A DNA stretch of 64,000 nt from Calditrichia bacterium (lineage in GTDB: Bacteria; Calditrichota; Calditrichia; JAJRVZ01). The stretch covers positions 416,001-480,000 of the forward strand of contig CAVZSQ010000013.1 in the NCBI GenBank assembly GCA_963777955.1, in the 5' to 3' direction. The notes beneath the pieces are model-generated. The model was given only the letters and a program-made list of their open reading frames with translations, was not told the origin of the DNA and made no database searches. The translations under genes and the position numbers were made by a program. Below are positions 61,802 through 64,000 of this stretch, piece by piece (the stretch's first letter is position 1; every line of letters begins with the position of its first letter).

Positions 61802-62602
61802 TTAATAGTAATATACATTTGGCTTAATCAAAACCAACAATGAAAATGTTTGATATATTTGATTTATCACTTCCTTTCCATCTAGATCAGGAATACCCAT
61901 TGCTTTACCAATGTCATGAAAGGCAGGTGGGTCATTTTCAAGCATCTTTAAAAATTTACTTATATCAACGGCAATAGATTCTGGTAATTCAAAAAAATCA
62001 TTTTTTGTAAGAAGTACTGCTAATCGAACAACATCATTCTTATGTTTCTTAATATCTTGATCATCTATTTTTTCACCCTGTGCTTTTCTTGCATTCAAGT
62101 CAAGATATGCTTTGGCTTTTAAACAAATCAATGTTTCTGTGGTTGCCCGGTGCAGATTACCTTCAATTTCACTGTTTTTAATGGTAAATTCATAATAATC
62201 ATCATTCATTAAAATGGCGGATAGACTTGACAAATCTTCATTTACTGGTATGGGGGTAAAATGTGTGCCTGCAGGCAAATCCAATAAATCTGGATTGCGG
62301 GCAAATATTTCCAACTGAACAGGGAATTCTTTATTTTTCGGTTTAAGAAAACGATAGTGTTTTCGTGCACCTTCGCTCTTTTGGTTTTCTTCATAACCAC
62401 CAGCTTTCACAAAGTTCCAAAAGTGCTTTACAAATTTTGCATTAAGTGCTTCCACAATAAGAACAATATCCAAGTCTTTGGTAACCCTGAATGTCAATCC
62501 CGCTTCACTCAAATGTTCAGCGCAAGCTGCTCCGCCAATTAATACATAATTATCAACAAATTCCTTGAAATAATTTCGGAATACTTCTACACCCTTTACC
62601 AT
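61802..62602 (-). CDS. AbiEii-like nucleotidyltransferase, putative type IV toxin
   Basis: 'YVLIGGAAC...RVTKDLDIV' polbeta-like GG...R.T.DxD motif; 'LKAKA', 'KKHKND'. Confidence 0.8.
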   Translation of the reverse strand: MVKGVEVFRNYFKEFVDNYVLIGGAACAEHLSEAGLTFRVTKDLDIVLIVEALNAKFVKHFWNFVKAGGYEENQKSEGARKHYRFLKPKNKEFPVQLEIFARNPDLLDLPAGTHFTPIPVNEDLSSLSAILMNDDYYEFTIKNSEIEGNLHRATTETLICLKAKAYLDLNARKAQGEKIDDQDIKKHKNDVVRLAVLLTKNDFFELPESIAVDISKFLKMLENDPPAFHDIGKAMGIPDLDGKEVINQIYQTFSLLVLIKPNVYYY

Positions 62603-63593
62603 AGCTGCGTCAACATTTTAACGAGTTCCATTTCAACTCTTTCATCTTTTATATCTTTAAAGGTTAGATATAATGACAGGGGATCGACTATTCGGTTTGC
62701 ACTAAGAATACCTGGTGCATAATTCCATATCTCGTAGACAAACGCGTCCTTCAGGTTTATTTGTAATTCTGATCTGCTTTTGTTTTTTTAAGTACAGGTA
62801 ATTGGCTTTCGAAATAGCATAATATTCGATTGATTCCCCAGCTGATATTTGTATAGAATGATAAGGCAGAATAACCGGCTCGATATATTAAATTATTGTC
62901 AATATTTTCTTCGATGTATATTTTCCTTTTGACCGGGTTTTGTAAATAAGGTAAAGCCTTTTCCCACAGAATTTTGCGATCCCCAGCGAAAGTCAATCTT
63001 TTATCCTTTGCACCATCCATCAGGCATAGATTTATTTCCTTGAGTTGATTAGCTGCCCGGGTGATGGTCATCGGAGTATAGTTTAATTTAGCGGCAATTT
63101 GCTTAAAATTCAGCTGTTCTAATTTTTCTTTTAAAATATGATATAATAGCAGACACTGGGCCGCTGGTGGAATTATTTCTCTTCGATTTTGATTATCATC
63201 ATACCGGAATTCTTTAAGATTAACCATTAATTGCGGAATAAACAATTGCTTGCCGGGGATAACAAATGCAATCTGCTTTTCTATAAGACGTTTGTCGACA
63301 TATACGCTTAAACGTTTTGATCGTAAGCCAAAACAGCACGGTTTTATTTCTTCGAGTGTCATATTTCGGCAACTTCAATATGCTTGCGATATTGTCCAAC
63401 GGTCCGATATTCATTATCTCTTTGTTCAAGAAAAAGAATATCCCGCTTAAATAAACGGGTAGTTTTAAAATTATAAATGCTTCAGTAGATATAGCGGTAC
63501 ATTTTTCAGGTCAGGTTCAGCCAGGCGCTTAAGAATTATATTAACACCCAAAATATCATTGAAATATTTTTCCAGTAATTTCATAGTATTCAT
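62596..63593 (-). pseudogene. Putative cognate antitoxin / HTH transcriptional regulator, multiply frameshifted
   Basis: Pieces read 'MNTMKLLEKYFNDILG', 'RLIEKQIAFVIPGKQLFIP', HTH 'FKQIAAKLNYTPMTITRAANQL' and 'EIWNYAP...VDPLSLYL...DERVE'. Its stop overlaps the toxin ATG (ATGGTAA). At least three frame breaks, either errors or decay. Confidence 0.7.
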
Positions 63594-63816
63594 CTTAATA
63601 ACTTTATATATGCACAATAACATTACTAATGATATTATGCAAATATAATGTTACTATTAACTAAAATAAAGCACTTTCTGGCGTTTCGTGCCCTCACTTG
63701 ATATTTAAAAACATTGTTTTAAGTTATACTCTTCACGATTATCAGGGTATAACTTCAATAATAACAAGTATATTGTTAATTTTTAACCAAAATTCTATTA
63801 AAGGTTTGTTAAAACA

Positions 63817-63950
63817 TTATTTTTCTAACTTCATTTCCTCTATGACTTTCATGGTTTCAACACTAACCGTGCAAACCTTTTGCAGCAAATCGATTACCTG
63901 TTCCTTGTAATCAGCAAACCGGTAGTGTAAATCGTCAAAAACTCCCACCG
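63817..63950 (-). pseudogene. Probable C-terminal fragment of a Type ISP restriction-modification enzyme
   Basis: Minus frame reads 'YRFADYKEQVIDLLQKVCTVSVETMKVIEEMKLEK*', resembling the Type ISP C-terminus as recalled; in-frame TGA a few codons upstream. Confidence 0.55.
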
Positions 63951-64000
63951 ATTTTCATGAATTTATTAATTAATGCCAGTCGGTTCATTGTTTAATTGAA

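Noticed and set aside
1..64000. Frameshifts in about eight genes (1-1034, hlyD, 12516-17050, uvrD-exo, U32, patatin, DUF4159, antitoxin) as programmed frameshifting, phase variation or pseudogenisation
   Set aside because: They are mostly isolated single-base indels without slippery heptamers or long repeats, in otherwise intact genes, and denser toward the window ends. This is most consistent with long-read errors; read-level data are needed to confirm.

Overview
Chromosomal segment of a Gram-negative bacterium. The 'QNYPNPFNP' C-terminal sorting domains, the DUF4159/DUF4175 pair and the dcw layout suggest the FCB group, for example Calditrichota/KSB1-like; this is an inference. Order of features: the 3' end of a secreted beta-helix protein; an intergenic pile-up of palindromic repeats and a hairpin-flanked GYD gene; a TetR-TolC-HlyD-ABC (YbhG/F/S/R-like) efflux operon; a signalling/surface locus (Ser/Thr kinase with PEGA domains, TPR protein, large secreted protein with six ASH/choice-of-anchor-D repeats) converging on an unusual ClpN-class III nucleotidyl cyclase-Clp AAA+ fusion; tryptophanase; a GAF/HD-GYP protein; a RAYT transposase remnant with REPs; the dcw cluster (mraZ to ftsZ, no murB/ddl); recJ; a UvrD helicase with an inserted DEDDh exonuclease; holC; lon; a hybrid kinase; a U32/trhP-like gene; PIN-PhoH; a pseudo-receiver/H-box protein; patatin-POTRA-Omp85; DUF4175; DUF4159; a DoxX-AKR-like fusion; and an AT-rich end with a type IV-like toxin-antitoxin pair and a probable Type ISP R-M fragment. 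About eight genes carry single-base frameshifts, most plausibly long-read sequencing errors. No rRNA, tRNA or CRISPR array was seen. The best novelty candidate is the ClpN-cyclase-AAA fusion (17065-19128) and its neighbouring kinase/TPR/surface-protein module. All calls come from motif recognition by eye; no database search was run.
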